Assembly (NCBI GenBank): GCA_964016885.1
Contig: CAXHJY010000044.1
Location: forward strand, 1 to 64,000
Source: Eledone cirrhosa
Lineage: Eukaryota
DNA length: 64,000 nucleotides
Reading direction: 5' to 3'
This document shows, one piece after another, positions 1 to 13,436 of this stretch. Made by a program: the position numbers and the translations under genes. Position 1 is the stretch's first letter, and every line of letters starts with the position of its first letter. The notes under the pieces are model-generated. The model was given only the letters and a program-made list of their open reading frames with translations. It was not told the origin of the DNA and ran no database searches.

Positions 1-67
1 GATAAAATAAAGTACCAGTAATGTACTGGTTTATTGCTGGCCTTGTGCCAAAAGTAGAATCAATTAT
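1..67 (+). mobile_element. 3' end of octopod tRNA-derived SINE (family S1)
   Basis: gataaaataaagtaccagtaatgtactgg...ggccttgtgccaaaagtagaa matches the 3' end of the full copy at 37621-37806. Confidence 0.85.
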
Positions 68-69
68 TT

Positions 70-530
70 ATGAAGAATGCCGCATACAGTATAATTGCGG
101 GTGTGTACCTGATCGATGTAGACTAAGGCGCCTAGGGGCAATGAAGACGTCGAAGTGATGCCAGCCGTTCAGTATTACAGCTCCTCTCCCACCACAGTAG
201 TAATTCTGATACATGAAGAAATTTTGATTGACAGGTGGAGAACGAGAGGAAGCAAGAGGTGGGCAACCATGAGTGGCTACAAATACCGGTGACGTGTACA
301 ATTCTTGACCACTCATAGAATAACAACAACAGGATCTAAATCAACAAACGAAGAAATTCGATGTTAAAGGACTATAGGAAAATCTGCTTCGTGGAATCGA
401 GACATATCTGACGACCGTGTGGATTTCAGAGCCAGGTGTGATCACCATATCGATCGTGCTTCGAACTGGTCGCCCGAGAAACATTTGTAATATGTCCAAT
501 AAATTCCTTTCATCGCACCACTGATTCTCT
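70..530 (+). mobile_element. Degraded PLE 3' end (GIY-YIG-like relic) followed by HHR and AATAAA
   Basis: Frame-shifted KNAAYSII..RLRRLGAMK..RRSDA..SHHSSNS..NFD resembles a PLE GIY-YIG C-terminus; HHR at 401-496; AATAAA at 498. Confidence 0.5.
401..496 (+). ncRNA. Type I hammerhead ribozyme with long stem II
   Basis: Stem I GACAUAU/AUAUGUC (7 bp), core CUGACGA, about 60-nt stem II, GAAAC-AUUU-GUA. Confidence 0.85.
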
Positions 531-601
531 TTTTTTCTGTGATATAAATAAAGATACATATAGAAAGGTGGAGAGAGAGGGAGGGAGGGGAGAGAAACAC
601 G

Positions 602-635
<34 letters not shown>

Positions 636-652
636 CATACATACATACATAT

Positions 653-813
653 GTTGATTTAAAACTGCACTATCCACAAGTGTTTTTTAGCCTTCATATC
701 ATGTTCTCCTGTTTTATCTGATGAAAACACAAATATTATTGCATGATGATGTTTGTTTTTGAAATGCGCATAATAAAATACATGGAACTCCTTTAACCAT
801 ATTTTGATCTTAT
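653..813 (+). mobile_element. Short HHR-bearing PLE pLTR module in (TA)n; near-identical copy at 63339-63503
   Basis: Both copies start tgttgatttaaaactgcac directly after a TA-rich microsatellite. Confidence 0.8.
710..780 (+). ncRNA. Type I hammerhead ribozyme
   Basis: Stem I UGUUUUAU/AUAAAAUA, CUGAUGA, stem II, GAAAU-GCGC-AUA (palindromic AUGCGCAU). Confidence 0.85.
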
Positions 814-899
814 ATTATATACATACATATAGGCAGCATGACTTTCCCAATGTACAACTATATATATATAAATACACACACACACGCACACACACACAT

Positions 900-948
<49 letters not shown>

Positions 949-1004
949 GGCAGCATGACCTTCCCAATGTACAACTATATACACACACACATATATATAT
1001 ATAT

Positions 1005-1900
1005 ATAATAATACTATTTATAGTTATGTATATACTATAAACAACTATAAACAGGAAAGGTCAGTAATTTATTACTACCTTATTACAAGTAAGAGAAAGA
1101 GTTCAATGTAAGAACATCAGTTGTTTTACAGAGCAGGAAAATAAATTAGACAATTATCAAAGTTGTGTTCAAATAATTTAATAGCTGACAATCGTTTCTT
1201 CTAAACTTTCGTTTGGCGTCATCGGAGCATTATCAATGTTTGTACATATAATTAACTTCCTATTCAACTGAACAATCATATAGATACATATATATTGATG
1301 TTATGAGCAACAGTTTCATATTTACAAGGTGTACTGGATGCGACATATATTAAACGAGAATTGTACAATAAATCAAATTAGAAGCACAGAGTGGAATACA
1401 TGCAACAGATAATACAAGAGAATAGTCTAATAATTAAAGAGACATTGAGAGAGGAATAGTACATTAGCAGTACATATGCAAGCGTGTAGAATGTGCACAT
1501 GCGTTAGTCATATATATGAGAAGGAAATAAGCAAAGGTATTATAGATATATAGATAAATAAATACTGTATGTTAAGCAAATATGTTAATGTATTAAAATC
1601 TATGGCGGATGTAATATGTTGATAGTGTTTGAATGTGTGTGTGTTGAGAAAATCAAGGTTATTGCAGTCCTTTCCATTACATAAGTTGAATTATATTTTA
1701 GTTAATGTTTATATTGAATGTTTTAAGTTAGTTAAAGCAATGCATTGTAAATTAGTCTTATTGTATTCTTATTCATGGATTAGAGTTGTTCAACAGGTAG
1801 AATCTTCCAACGGTTAATTTCCGGAAGTGAGTTAGTGATCCAAGATTAAGGGGAGCTAATGCGTAAGGGGAGGTAACTAGCTAATTAAATTCAATTATTT
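1005..1900 (-). mobile_element. PLE-derived pLTR/3' UTR with variant HHR (1184-1228)
   Basis: Homologous to 4741-5300; minus strand gcu-CCGAUGA...GAAAC-GAUU-GUC-agc. Confidence 0.6.
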
Positions 1901-1955
1901 AAATTCTTTGCTCTAATACACATTATAATGTGATACAAGTGAATCTCTATTACAT

Positions 1956-2141
1956 AATTGTTTCTACTTGTGGCACAAGGCCAACAAATACCCAGTGTAT
2001 TACTGGTACTTTATTTTATCGACCCCATAAGGATGAAAGACAAAGTTAACCTCGGCGGGATTTGAACTCAGAATGGCAAGGGTCGGAACTCTATGCGTCA
2101 AAGCATGGCGTCCGACCCTCTACCGATACTGCCAATCCACC
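1956..2141 (-). mobile_element. tRNA-derived SINE S1
   Basis: A box TGGCAGTATCGG and B box GAGTTCAAATCC on the minus strand; colinear with other copies. Confidence 0.9.
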
Positions 2142-2199
2142 TTACATAATGTTATATATTTATACTTAATTTTAAATACAGTGTATTTTCCTATAATAC

Positions 2200-2770
2200 A
2201 TTAAAGGTCTCATAAGACTCAGAGAACTCCTAGCAGAGAACTCCATAGCCCTCATCATTTACTCTCGTTACGTAGATGATATCAATATCAATATAGTAAT
2301 GATATCAATATAGTAATGAAAACACCCCCACAAGAGGGTACCAATAAACCCGAATTAGAAACTATAACAATGGAGAGCATCCAGCAGATAGCTGATTCCA
2401 TACATCAGAGCATGACAGTAATTATCGACTACCCTTCCAAACACCCAAACAATAGACCACAGTTTTAGACACTGAACTTTGAACTCTGGTTAAACACTAT
2501 GAACGAGAAAACTCAAATTCTCCACTCACATTATGCTAAACCCATGGCCTCCAATTCCTTATACACAAAAACTCAGCGATCTCCAATAGTGCTTAATATT
2601 CTGATTTAACAGACTTGGTAAGAGTGATGAAGAATATGTCCCCCTTGTGCGATCCAACTGAACTGGAAATACACGTACAACACTTCAGCAATCGCATGCA
2701 GTTATCTGGCTACAACCAAAGAGACAGAATCAGGGTGTACAAAGGAGTCATGGAGAAATATAAGACCCTC
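2200..2770 (+). pseudogene. PLE reverse transcriptase relic
   Basis: YSRYVDDINI, MESIQQIADSIHQSMTVIIDYPSKHPNN, HSHYAKPMASN with frameshifts. Confidence 0.75.
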
Positions 2771-3001
2771 ATACTTTCCTAAACTTCCATTTTTCTCTCT
2801 TTCACTATCGATTGTTTCACCTTTTCGGTCTATCTTTTATTCTTTTCCTCGCTTCTTTAGATCTTCCTCTCTTTCACTCTCTCTCAGCTTTTCATTTTCT
2901 CCTTTGTCTCCTCCCCTCTCCCCCTCTCTCTCCCATCACTCCCTCTCTCTGGATTGTTTCTGCACTTCATTTCTCACTTTCCTGTAAATTCTCATTATTC
3001 G

Positions 3002-3084
<83 letters not shown>

Positions 3085-3533
3085 CCCCTCCATCTCCTCC
3101 TCTCTCTATCTCCCCCTCCATCTCCTCCTCTCTCTCCACCCCCTCTCACTCACCTTCTGCACTTCATTTCCCACATTCCTGTAAATTCTCATTATTCGGA
3201 CCCTCCCTTTATCTCTCTCCCTCTCTCTCTCTTTTTTTCTCCATGTCTTTCCATCAATTCCTCTCATAATCTCAATGTTTCTTTCATTTTAGCAGATGTA
3301 ATGTTACTTTTCCGTAAGAATGATTGTTTCAATGTCATTCGTGCCAAAACCACATCAGTACAAGACTATATCTTAGACTTATGCTGCCAATACGATGATC
3401 AATTCTCAACTGTTCTTATTTTTTTCTTTTCAAATGAATTTTTCTGCTGCCATGTATTGAAATGTATAAATAAAAATTAGAAAAAACATTCACACACGCA
3501 CGCACACAGAGACACAGAAACACACACACACAC

Positions 3534-3629
<96 letters not shown>

Positions 3630-3718
3630 CTTGGACTACAACTGTCTTTTATGCACGATACCATTAATCATAGAAATAACCAAAAGACAAATTTCAATGG
3701 ATTACATGTCTACATACA

Positions 3719-3755
<37 letters not shown>

Positions 3756-3851
3756 ATATGTATATATATGTATATATGTATATATATATATGTATATATT
3801 TATATATATATATATGTATATATTTATATATATATATATATATATGTATAT

Positions 3852-4195
3852 ATTGGAATAAATGCTCTGAAATAGCGATATATATGTGAATATAGACATA
3901 GAATATTCGAAAATATTCTGTATGTTTATAATAAACATTTTGAAGACCTAATCGCTATAGAATAGAATACGTCACGTATTACAATTAGATTCTCGATAAA
4001 AGCAAGGGAAGTAATCTACGCGTTTCATTCTTGTTAGAAATCATCAGGACTACATATCCAGTGCTTTTATCGAGAATGACACAGCTAGAGACTTATAGAA
4101 TACTTAGCTGTGTACAGGAACTGGTTTGAAAGAGCGGTTGCCGGTCCGGCAGAAATTAGAAATTGGAATAAATGCTCTGAAATAGCGATATATAT
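3852..4195 (-). mobile_element. HHR module bounded by about 34-bp direct repeats in (TA)n
   Basis: attggaataaatgctctgaaatagcgatatatat at about 3852 and 4162; HHR at 4011-4053. Confidence 0.7.
4011..4053 (-). ncRNA. Minimal type I hammerhead ribozyme
   Basis: GUAGUC-CUGAUGA-uuucuaacaagaau-GAAAC-GC-GUA-GAUUAC; palindromic ACGCGU in stem III. Confidence 0.85.
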
Positions 4196-4652
4196 ATGTA
4201 TATATGTATATATATATGTATATATATATGTATATATTTATGTATATATATGTATATATATATATGTATATATATGAATGTATATATGTATATATATGTA
4301 TATATATATGTATATATATATATGTATATATATATATGTATATATGTATATATGTATATACGTGTATATATGTATATATGTATATATATATATATATGTA
4401 TATATATATGTATATATATATATGTATATATGCATATATGTATATATGTATATATGTGTATATATGTATATATGTGTATATATATATATGTATATATGTA
4501 TATATGTATATATGTATATATGTGTATATATATATGTATATATGTGTATATATATATGTATATGTGTATATATATGTATCTATGTATATATATATATATA
4601 TGTATATATGTATATATATATATGTATATATGTATATATATATGTATATATG

Positions 4653-4740
<88 letters not shown>

Positions 4741-5893
4741 ATATTAAGGATACTATTTATGGTTATGTATATATTAAACTTTCTATAGTTATGTATATTT
4801 TAAACCTTAAACAGTGAAGGTCAGTAATTTATTACTACCTTATTACCAGTAAGATAAATAGCTCAATGTAATAACATCAGTTATATAGAATTCACAAGAA
4901 TCAAAGCTATGTTCAAAGCATTTATTCACTTACAATTGTTTCATCCAAACCTAGGCTTGAAGTCTTCCGAGCATTTTTCAATGTTTGCACATATAATTGA
5001 CCCCCTTTCCGACGCAAGAGACATACAGATACATATATATATATATTGATGTACAGTGGAGTGACATAGATTACACTATACTATTTTTGTACAGCAATTC
5101 AAATTCAAGATCAAAATCAAAATCAAAATTGAAATAAAAATCAAAATTAAAATATATTCGGCAGATAACACAGATAATGCAGGAGGATAGTTTGATAGTC
5201 AGATCTAGTAGGTAGTGTATGCGTTAGTTACACATGGAGCATGCAAGTGTGTCTCATTTTTATACGATTATTGTGTGGCAAGGTGTTACATGTAATGCAA
5301 GCACTTTAAGCGGGTAAGCAAGAGTATTATGGAGGGTGTAGTGGTAGGGTTTTTTATTTTTAGTATTTTTAGTATTTTTAGTATTTTTACCTCGGGGTAG
5401 AGGTGGGCCCTTGGTCCGGTGGTGGAAGTGTGGTCTCCGAGGCGGAGCTGCGTGGATCCCTCGATAAAATCCGCGCCATTGCCCTTAAGCCGAGGCAGAA
5501 ACTAAGTCTGGTGCAGAACGGGAAGCCGTCTCGGTGGCGTCTGGAACCCACCGGCCGACACTCTGCCCGGCGTGCATCGTGGGCGAGCTCGGCCAAGGCG
5601 TGTTCTCCACGGGGAAGACGCCTCGTAACATCTCCATGGTGTGGATGTATTTCAATTTTGATTTTGGTTTTGATCTTGAATTTGAATTGCTGTACACAAA
5701 TAGTATAGTGTAATATATGTCACTCCACTGTACATCAATATATATATGTATCTGTATGTCTCTTGCGTCGGAAAGGAGGTCAATTATAGGTGCAAACATT
5801 GAAAAATGCTCCGAAGACACCAAGCCTAGGTTTGGATGAAACAATTGTAAGTGAATAAATGCTTTGAACATAGCTTTGATTCTTGTGAATTCT
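4741..5893. mobile_element. PLE fold-back element: tail plus 250-bp inverted arms (4888-5135 / 5648-5892), one variant HHR per arm
   Basis: Arms are reverse complements; HHRs at 4928-4972 (-) and 5808-5852 (+, CCGAAGA...GAAAC-AAUU-GUA); flanked by (TA)n arrays. Confidence 0.8.
5388..5640 (+). mobile_element. GC-rich fragment of an R2/NeSL-like non-LTR retrotransposon (RT C-terminal/thumb region)
   Basis: YLGVEVGPW...LRGSLDKIRAIALKPRQKLSLV resembles the YLG...LKPxQxL motif of RLE-type elements. Confidence 0.65.
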
Positions 5894-6330
5894 CTCTATA
5901 TATATATGTATATATATATATATGTTTATATATATATGTGTATATAAATATATATGTATATATATGTGTATATAAATATATATGTATATATATATATATA
6001 AATATGTATATATATATATAAATATGTATATATATATATATAAATATGTATATATATATATATAAATATGTATATATATATATATAAATATGTATATATA
6101 TATATAAATATGTATATATATATATAAATATGTATATATATATATATAAATATGTATATATATATATATAAATATGTATATATATATATAAATATGTAAA
6201 TATATATAAATATGTATATATATATATGTATATATATATAAATATGTATATATATATATGTATATATATATATAAATATGTATATATATATGTGTATATA
6301 TATATACAAATATGTATATATATATATATG

Positions 6331-6379
<49 letters not shown>

Positions 6380-6442
6380 CACTCTCTCTCTTTATCTCTC
6401 TCCCTCTATATATATATATGTGTGTATATATGTATATATATT

Positions 6443-6532
<90 letters not shown>

Positions 6533-6576
6533 TTTATGAATGTATACACATACATACGCATAAATCACACACACAC

Positions 6577-6647
<71 letters not shown>

Positions 6648-7025
6648 TATAGACATATATGTATATATAAATGTATATACAAATGCATGATTAAAGACAA
6701 TAAAATTAAAATTATATTCTTAATTAAACAGAAAAAGAAAAATAATGTTGTCAGGCTTGATGGGAAAAGGAAAATAAAAATAGCATGAGAGTTTCCATTG
6801 AAGTTACAAGATCAACTTCAAGTATTAAATGCGGTTCTTTCGAAGTACTTTGATCATCAACATGACAGGGAGCAGCATATAGCTGATTTATATGTAATCG
6901 TGCGTGGTTGCAAACACACACACACACACACACACACATGTATGTATGTATGTATGTATGTATGTATGTATGTATGTATGTATGTATGTATGTATGTATG
7001 TATGTATGTATGTATGTATGTATAT

Positions 7026-7432
7026 GGGAGAGATGACCCCTTAGCCTTTGTCAAGGCAGAATTCTAGGAGAAGGAAAACTCTGATATAACACCTGCAACC
7101 CTGATGGTATCCAATGATGTTGACTTGTTCTTCTTTTTGGTAAATATCATCTTGGTTAAGAGAGTGGGACTGGCTTTGTGCAGTGCCTTTGATCACTATA
7201 AAAGCTTCACGGCACAGGCATTGCTTTATATCTGGAGATCTCTCTGCACTTGTCACATGGTACCATTGGCCCAGCACTATGTGTCAATAATTGTCACAAG
7301 TGTAGTGTTTGTACCAGAGTTTTCATGTCGCAGGCTGGACTAAAAAGTCACACTCGTTCAGCACATCGGTAGGGGTTCTCCTACATGGATATAAAGTAGT
7401 GGCCGTACTTGAAAACGAGTTGGCAGCCACCA
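7026..7432 (+). mobile_element. Non-autonomous bipartite RTE derivative, 5'-truncated
   Basis: Reverse complement of 29145-29552; 3' part reads CSVCTRVFMSQAGLKSHTRSAH (C2H2). Confidence 0.75.
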
Positions 7433-7671
7433 TGTATATATATAAATATATATATATACAGTATGTATATATATATATGTATATATATATATGTATGTAT
7501 ATATATATATATACATATATATTTATTTACCTACGTTCGGAGGGTATGTGTATAAACACTTACTCACCGTACTGTATTATTGCACTATTGTGTTAGCTCA
7601 ATGTACATAGACAGAGCTGTTATATGCAAAAGAAACCAAAGAACGCTTACATACTCAAACAGTCTTTATTC

Positions 7672-7716
7672 ACTAACAATGTTTCATCCTCACCTTTAGT
7701 CAGGAATCATCAGAGT
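7672..7716 (-). ncRNA. Type I hammerhead ribozyme within a PLE-derived segment (about 7525-8450)
   Basis: acu-CUGAUGA-uuccugacuaaaggugaggau-GAAAC-auu-GUU-agu, followed by AATAAA. Confidence 0.75.
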
Positions 7717-8638
7717 TCAACAAATAACTTAGTGACATGAACAATCAGAAAATATAATATGGGGGTTGGAGATAGCTAACAAAGGGGTTCATGTTTGGGT
7801 TACTAAGCATCACTGCAAAATACCAAGGTACAATTGGATTCAACAAGATGAAGACACAGTAGATGGCACTCAGAAATGTAGAATGTAAAATTAAATAGTG
7901 TGAAAGCATTAAAAAGTACATAGTAAATACATAAAAATGCATAAAAATACATAAGAAATTCATAAAAAATACATAAAGATATGTAAAAATACATAAAGAA
8001 ATACAGGCAAATGTTTTAACATTTGCCTGTATTTAATATAAATTATAAATTATAAATTATAAATTATATTAAAGTAATAAAAAAAAATAATAAAAAATAA
8101 AAAATAAAAATAAAGATAAAAAATAATAATGGAGATAATATAATAAAATGAAATGAAGAAAAATAAAATAAAATAAAATAAAATAAAATAAAATCCATTA
8201 AAGAAAAGTAATTAAATAAAAATATACTAAATTAAATAATAAGATAACATTAAATTAGAAGGATTAAAAATATTTAATAAATTGAGAAAAAGTTATATGT
8301 TATGAGTCCTTAGAGAAGCAAGTAATTACAAGCGCAGTTCCCAGCAACAGTGTTGAACAAATGAGCAACGATGGTTGCTAGACACTGTACGGCTTAATTC
8401 GGGATGTTTGTTTACAAACACACCGAGCATTATAATAAATGTTCGGTGAATCCATACGTACATATATATATGTGTGCATGTATGTATATATATATACATA
8501 CTACTGTACGTCTGTATACATATATGTATGTACGTATACATACTTATATATATATATATATATTTAATATATATATAAATATTTACTATATATAGATATA
8601 TATATATATTTACTATATATATATATATATATATTTAC

Positions 8639-8701
<63 letters not shown>

Positions 8702-8858
8702 TATATTTACTATGTATATATATATATTTACTATATATATATATATATATATTTACTATATATATATATATATATATATATTTATTATATCTATATATAT
8801 ATATATTTACTATATCTATATATATATATTTACTATATATATATATATATACATTTAC

Positions 8859-8889
<31 letters not shown>

Positions 8890-9059
8890 TTATTTACTAT
8901 ACATATATATATGTATATGGTATTAGTATTGGTGCTCTGCAATAACGATGTGTACATGAATGTATGTATAGTATATTTGACAATATACCGTATGTTTAAT
9001 TAAACACATTTAGAAGACCATTCGCTATTAATTTTAAAGTAGTGACTATGTCACTTACT

Positions 9060-10025
9060 TATATCTTCGGCAAAGGCAGGTGATTGTGGTGTCCTGCCCA
9101 AAGCAGTAAACTGTGCAAATTGCAATTTTGGATTCTGTGTGTATGGAAATTATGAAAATTCATGGCGTTGTAGAAAAAGTAATTTTGCCCCTAAATCGAA
9201 AAAAAAAAAGGACGGTATTTTAACTATTTTCTATTCGATTCAAAAGGTTCCTTAATAGACAAGGCGCATATTTCTTCGTGGAAAATCATTATTTTCATCA
9301 ACCATTTTAAGATATTTATGAGACCATAGAACTATGTTGGAATATTTTAAAATGTCTCGAAATCCAACTGTTGAGTGGTGGCCATTCTTTAGTGAAGTTA
9401 CTGACATATGGCTCTGTAATAAGAAACCGATTGGCAGGGAATGTGTTGAGCTGGAGATTGATGAAACCTTCGCTGTAAATATGAGAGAGGTTGGGTTTTG
9501 AACCAAATTTAATTGTTCGGTGGAATAGAACGAATGCGTATATCTCGCTTTACGTTGAATTTAGATGATGAAGCCAAACTTCTTTCTCGCGTCAAGAAAC
9601 GTATTCATACTCGATTATTTATAGTGATTTCTTGACTACCTACAAAAATCTAAAGAGTTTGGGCTACAAGTATTTTCTTATTAACCATTCTGAATATTGT
9701 TTACCTAAAATTTAATATAAATATACACACACAATATTGAAAGGTTTTGGAGATATTTGAAAGTGTCGGTACAAAAATCGGGTACTTTGAGCAGTATCTG
9801 GCCAACTTCCAATGAAAATAAAGACAATTTGTTACACAAATTATTTACTGAGGCAGCCAATCAATACCCTCCTCTTTCAGATCGTTAGCAACTGGGAAGA
9901 TTCAGAATCTGAGGAAGAAAGTCCGATAACTTCATAATGTATTTTCTATTTTTCAATTCCAACATTCCCTTAATTTTCTCCCGTCTTCCCCCCGCCCAAC
10001 CATCCGTAATTTGTCGAGAGATACG
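9060..10025 (+). mobile_element. Merlin (IS1595/IS1016-like) DNA transposon relic
   Basis: IGRECVELEIDETF..YERG..LFGGIER, SIIYSD..YKNLKSLGY..INHSE, NIERFWR; possible degenerate TIRs tatcttcggcaaa / tttgtcgagagata. Confidence 0.8.
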
Positions 10026-10115
10026 ATTAACTAATATCCGAATTATTATACCCGTCTACCTACTCAATAATTAATGAGTAGAAAACTACAAATAGTATAT
10101 ATGGATATCTCTTAC

Positions 10116-10331
10116 GGCGGTGGATTGGCAGTATCTGTTGAGCGTCGGACCACACGCTAGATGACGTACGTCCCCTTATGATCCGAGTTCAAATCGTGCC
10201 GTGGTTAGCTTTGTCTTTCATCCTTACGAGGTCGATAAAATAAAGTAACAGTAATGCACGGGTTGATTTAATTGACTTTCTCCACCCACAAAATCGAAAT
10301 TGTTAGCTTTGTGCTTAAATCAGAAACCAAT
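10116..10331 (+). mobile_element. Older tRNA-derived SINE S1 variant
   Basis: ggcggtggattggcagt...gagttcaaat...tttcatccttacgaggtcgataaaataaagta. Confidence 0.85.
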
Positions 10332-10751
10332 ATATTTGGCCATCTCAATGCTAGATGGGAATAGCATGCTATTTCTAGCGTCACTACGATCCTGATCCTT
10401 GTCTTGATATTCACACATTCATTTAGTAGTAAAATGATGCACATTTTATTCAACGCACCGTGGTGTTTAAAGACGACACACTTCGTATATCATCACTGGA
10501 ATGTTTTTCTATATCTAAAGAATCCCACCAATAAAGAGGTTTCTTCCAATATTGATTGTTGAAATTTATTGGCATAAATAATATTGTTTCTTAATTCCAG
10601 AAGAAGATACGAGCGAAAACTTCTAATATTAGTTTGTCTAGATTGTATTCCCCGATGGGATGTTTGGAAATTAGATAAAATATGTTTTAAATGCTTCTCT
10701 GACTTTTTTTTCATTGCTATCCAAATATATTAGAGACAAATAACTTTCTGC

Positions 10752-10827
<76 letters not shown>

Positions 10828-10877
10828 GCGCATACACACACAACACACACACATACATATATACATATGACATAACA

Positions 10878-11096
10878 TACAAAAACAAGATGGTGTAGGA
10901 CAGAAAAAATGAGAGGCACAAAATAAAAACTCAGTCGCTGAGGAGGTCACAGAATGTGTGACGAAAGAGCTTTGACAATATATAAACAACCATCCGGTTT
11001 TCGAACCAACCAACCAACTGGTAATTTATAATAAATTGAACTGAAAACCAACAGGTTTGTGTGTTTTTATTGGCAGCATGATCCTCCCAAAGTATG
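10878..11096 (+). mobile_element. Single arm of PLE pLTR family A with HHR (10934-10976)
   Basis: Homologous to 62090-62340; CUGAGGA-G-GUCACA/UGUGAC-GAAAG-AG-CUU. Confidence 0.8.
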
Positions 11097-11188
11097 AAAA
11101 TATATATAGATATATATGACAATATATATAAATATATATTCGGATCTAGCTGTCGAAACGACCGGAGCTCGGCCATAGGGGTCCTGAC

Positions 11189-11276
<88 letters not shown>

Positions 11277-11422
11277 GTGTGTGTGTGTGTGTGTATGTGT
11301 GTGTGTGTGTGTGCGTGTGTGCGTGTGTGTGTATGTAAAAGATAAACATAGATAACAACAACATCGGTAGAGTATATGAAAGGAATATGTTAGGTTAGCG
11401 CTTGAAATAGCAGGAAGCGGGT

Positions 11423-11456
11423 CTTAACGTTTCGGACGCTAGTGCTTCATCAGAAG
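11423..11456 (-). ncRNA. Minimal hammerhead ribozyme in an inverted pLTR upstream of PLE RT
   Basis: cuu-CUGAUGA-agcacuagcgucc-GAAACGUU-aag; palindromic AACGUU. Confidence 0.75.
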
Positions 11457-11579
11457 AAAGAATGAGAAATTAGAAATATTGCAGGGACGGGCGGGGCAGA
11501 ATCGGAAACAATGTTTTTAGAGAAAAATAACAGGTCCATTCATGTTGTCATCTCTTGGAAAACTGTTGATGTTGGCGTT

Positions 11580-12575
11580 TAATGTAGACTCTTTAACTCT
11601 TTCTCCTCCCCTCCTGACCCCTCTCACCTTCTCTTCCCCCTGGACATCACCTCTCTCTATACCGTGATCCCTCATAATGACGGCGTCCGTGCTCTCCGAC
11701 ACTTATTGAACTTACGTCCTACCCTTTACTCCAGCACTACCACTCTTCTACGTCTGGCTGAGCTTGTTTTGACCCTCAATGCGTTTTCCTTTTCCAGTGA
11801 GTTCTATCAGCATGTCTCTGGGGGTATCGATGGGAACCAGAATGAACCCAAACTATGCCAACTTGTTTGTTGGCTACGTCGAAACCCAGATCTTATCCCA
11901 GATCTTACGCTAGACCTACTCCTGAGCTATACGGTCGTTATATCGACGTATGTATCAGCGCCACCTCTCTATCACGAGAATAGCTCGACTGTTTCTATCT
12001 TTTGTTCAATCTTTTCATCCCGCTCTCACCTTCATTACATCCAACCCCGATTCTTCTGTCCCCTTTCTTGATATCTCTCTCTCTATCGATCACACTCATC
12101 ACACTCTCTCTACTTTCATCTTCTATAAACATACTGACTCCCACTCTTACCTCCATTTCATCTCCTCCCATCCAACCCACACCAAACCTCCATACAATAC
12201 TACCAATTCCTCCGTCTCCGTCGGCTCTGTAGCCAGGACCACGATTTCGAAACCCATTCCCTTTACATGGCCTCCCGCTTCATCCAGCGTGGATATCCCC
12301 CCAACTCCGATCCAAGCTGCTCTCCTCCGCGCCCGTGAAACCGACCGTATCAGCGCCCTCCCAACACCCACCTTCCTTTCACTCTCACCTATCATCCCAT
12401 CATCCTACCTCTCCGACGACATATTTCACCATTCTTTCCGCACCCTCTCTTCTGACCCCGCCACCTCTCGCTTTTTTCCTAACCAACCTATCACCATTTT
12501 TAAGCGCACCAGTAATCTCCGCCACCTCCTGGTACGCAGTTCCTTCTCGTCCTCTCCTACGCATCCACTCGGCTC
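11580..12575 (+). pseudogene. PLE reverse transcriptase relic, 5'-truncated
   Basis: LRLAELVLTLNAFSFSSEFYQHVSG, FHPALTFIT..VPFLDISL..FYKHTDSHSYLHFISSHP..FKRTSNLRHLLVRS. Confidence 0.85.
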
Positions 12576-12579
12576 TCAT

Positions 12580-12843
<264 letters not shown>

Positions 12844-12899
12844 GATGGTGGCGGGTGGGATGAAGAGAAAACACAAACTGAATACTTCTAAATTGTTAG

Positions 12900-13436
12900 C
12901 AGCAGCAAGGTATAAGCTGACCACTACAACAACAACAGTACCAAAATAATGGTGGAGGTCAAATGTACTGAACAATAGCAGGCATAAACACCACAGGGAG
13001 CCTCACCCCAGAAAGAATTCTATAGACTTCTGACTGAGGAATGCTCTCAGAACTGAACAATGGGAAGTTTGACACATTTTTTGATATTTTGTTCCTTCAA
13101 CACCTTGTCCCTTCTACCATTTTATCAATTTTTAAGCTAACTCCAACAATGACAACACTAATAACTGACCAATGAGAGGAGAAGGGGACCTGTGACACGA
13201 AAATTCGTTTGTTTGAATTCATATGACTCCAGTTCCCCAGTGAATTAACAACCCAGCAAGGAACTGGGCATATCAGAGTATTGACAATATCATACACCTA
13301 AACAACATATGTACTTGTCTATACCATACTAATTCAAACTGCCTGAAGAGGTCACAGCCAAAGATGGCTGTCACTGAAATATATATAGCAGTAATAAACG
13401 AAGCTAAATTTTAATCATTTGACTTTTATTTAACTT

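Noticed and set aside
2957-3201. About 48-bp direct repeat around (CT)n as a mobile element TSD
   Set aside because: More simply a local slippage duplication; no element features
6750-6910. Possible Helitron Pif1 helicase relic
   Set aside because: Only vague similarity across frameshifts; not supportable
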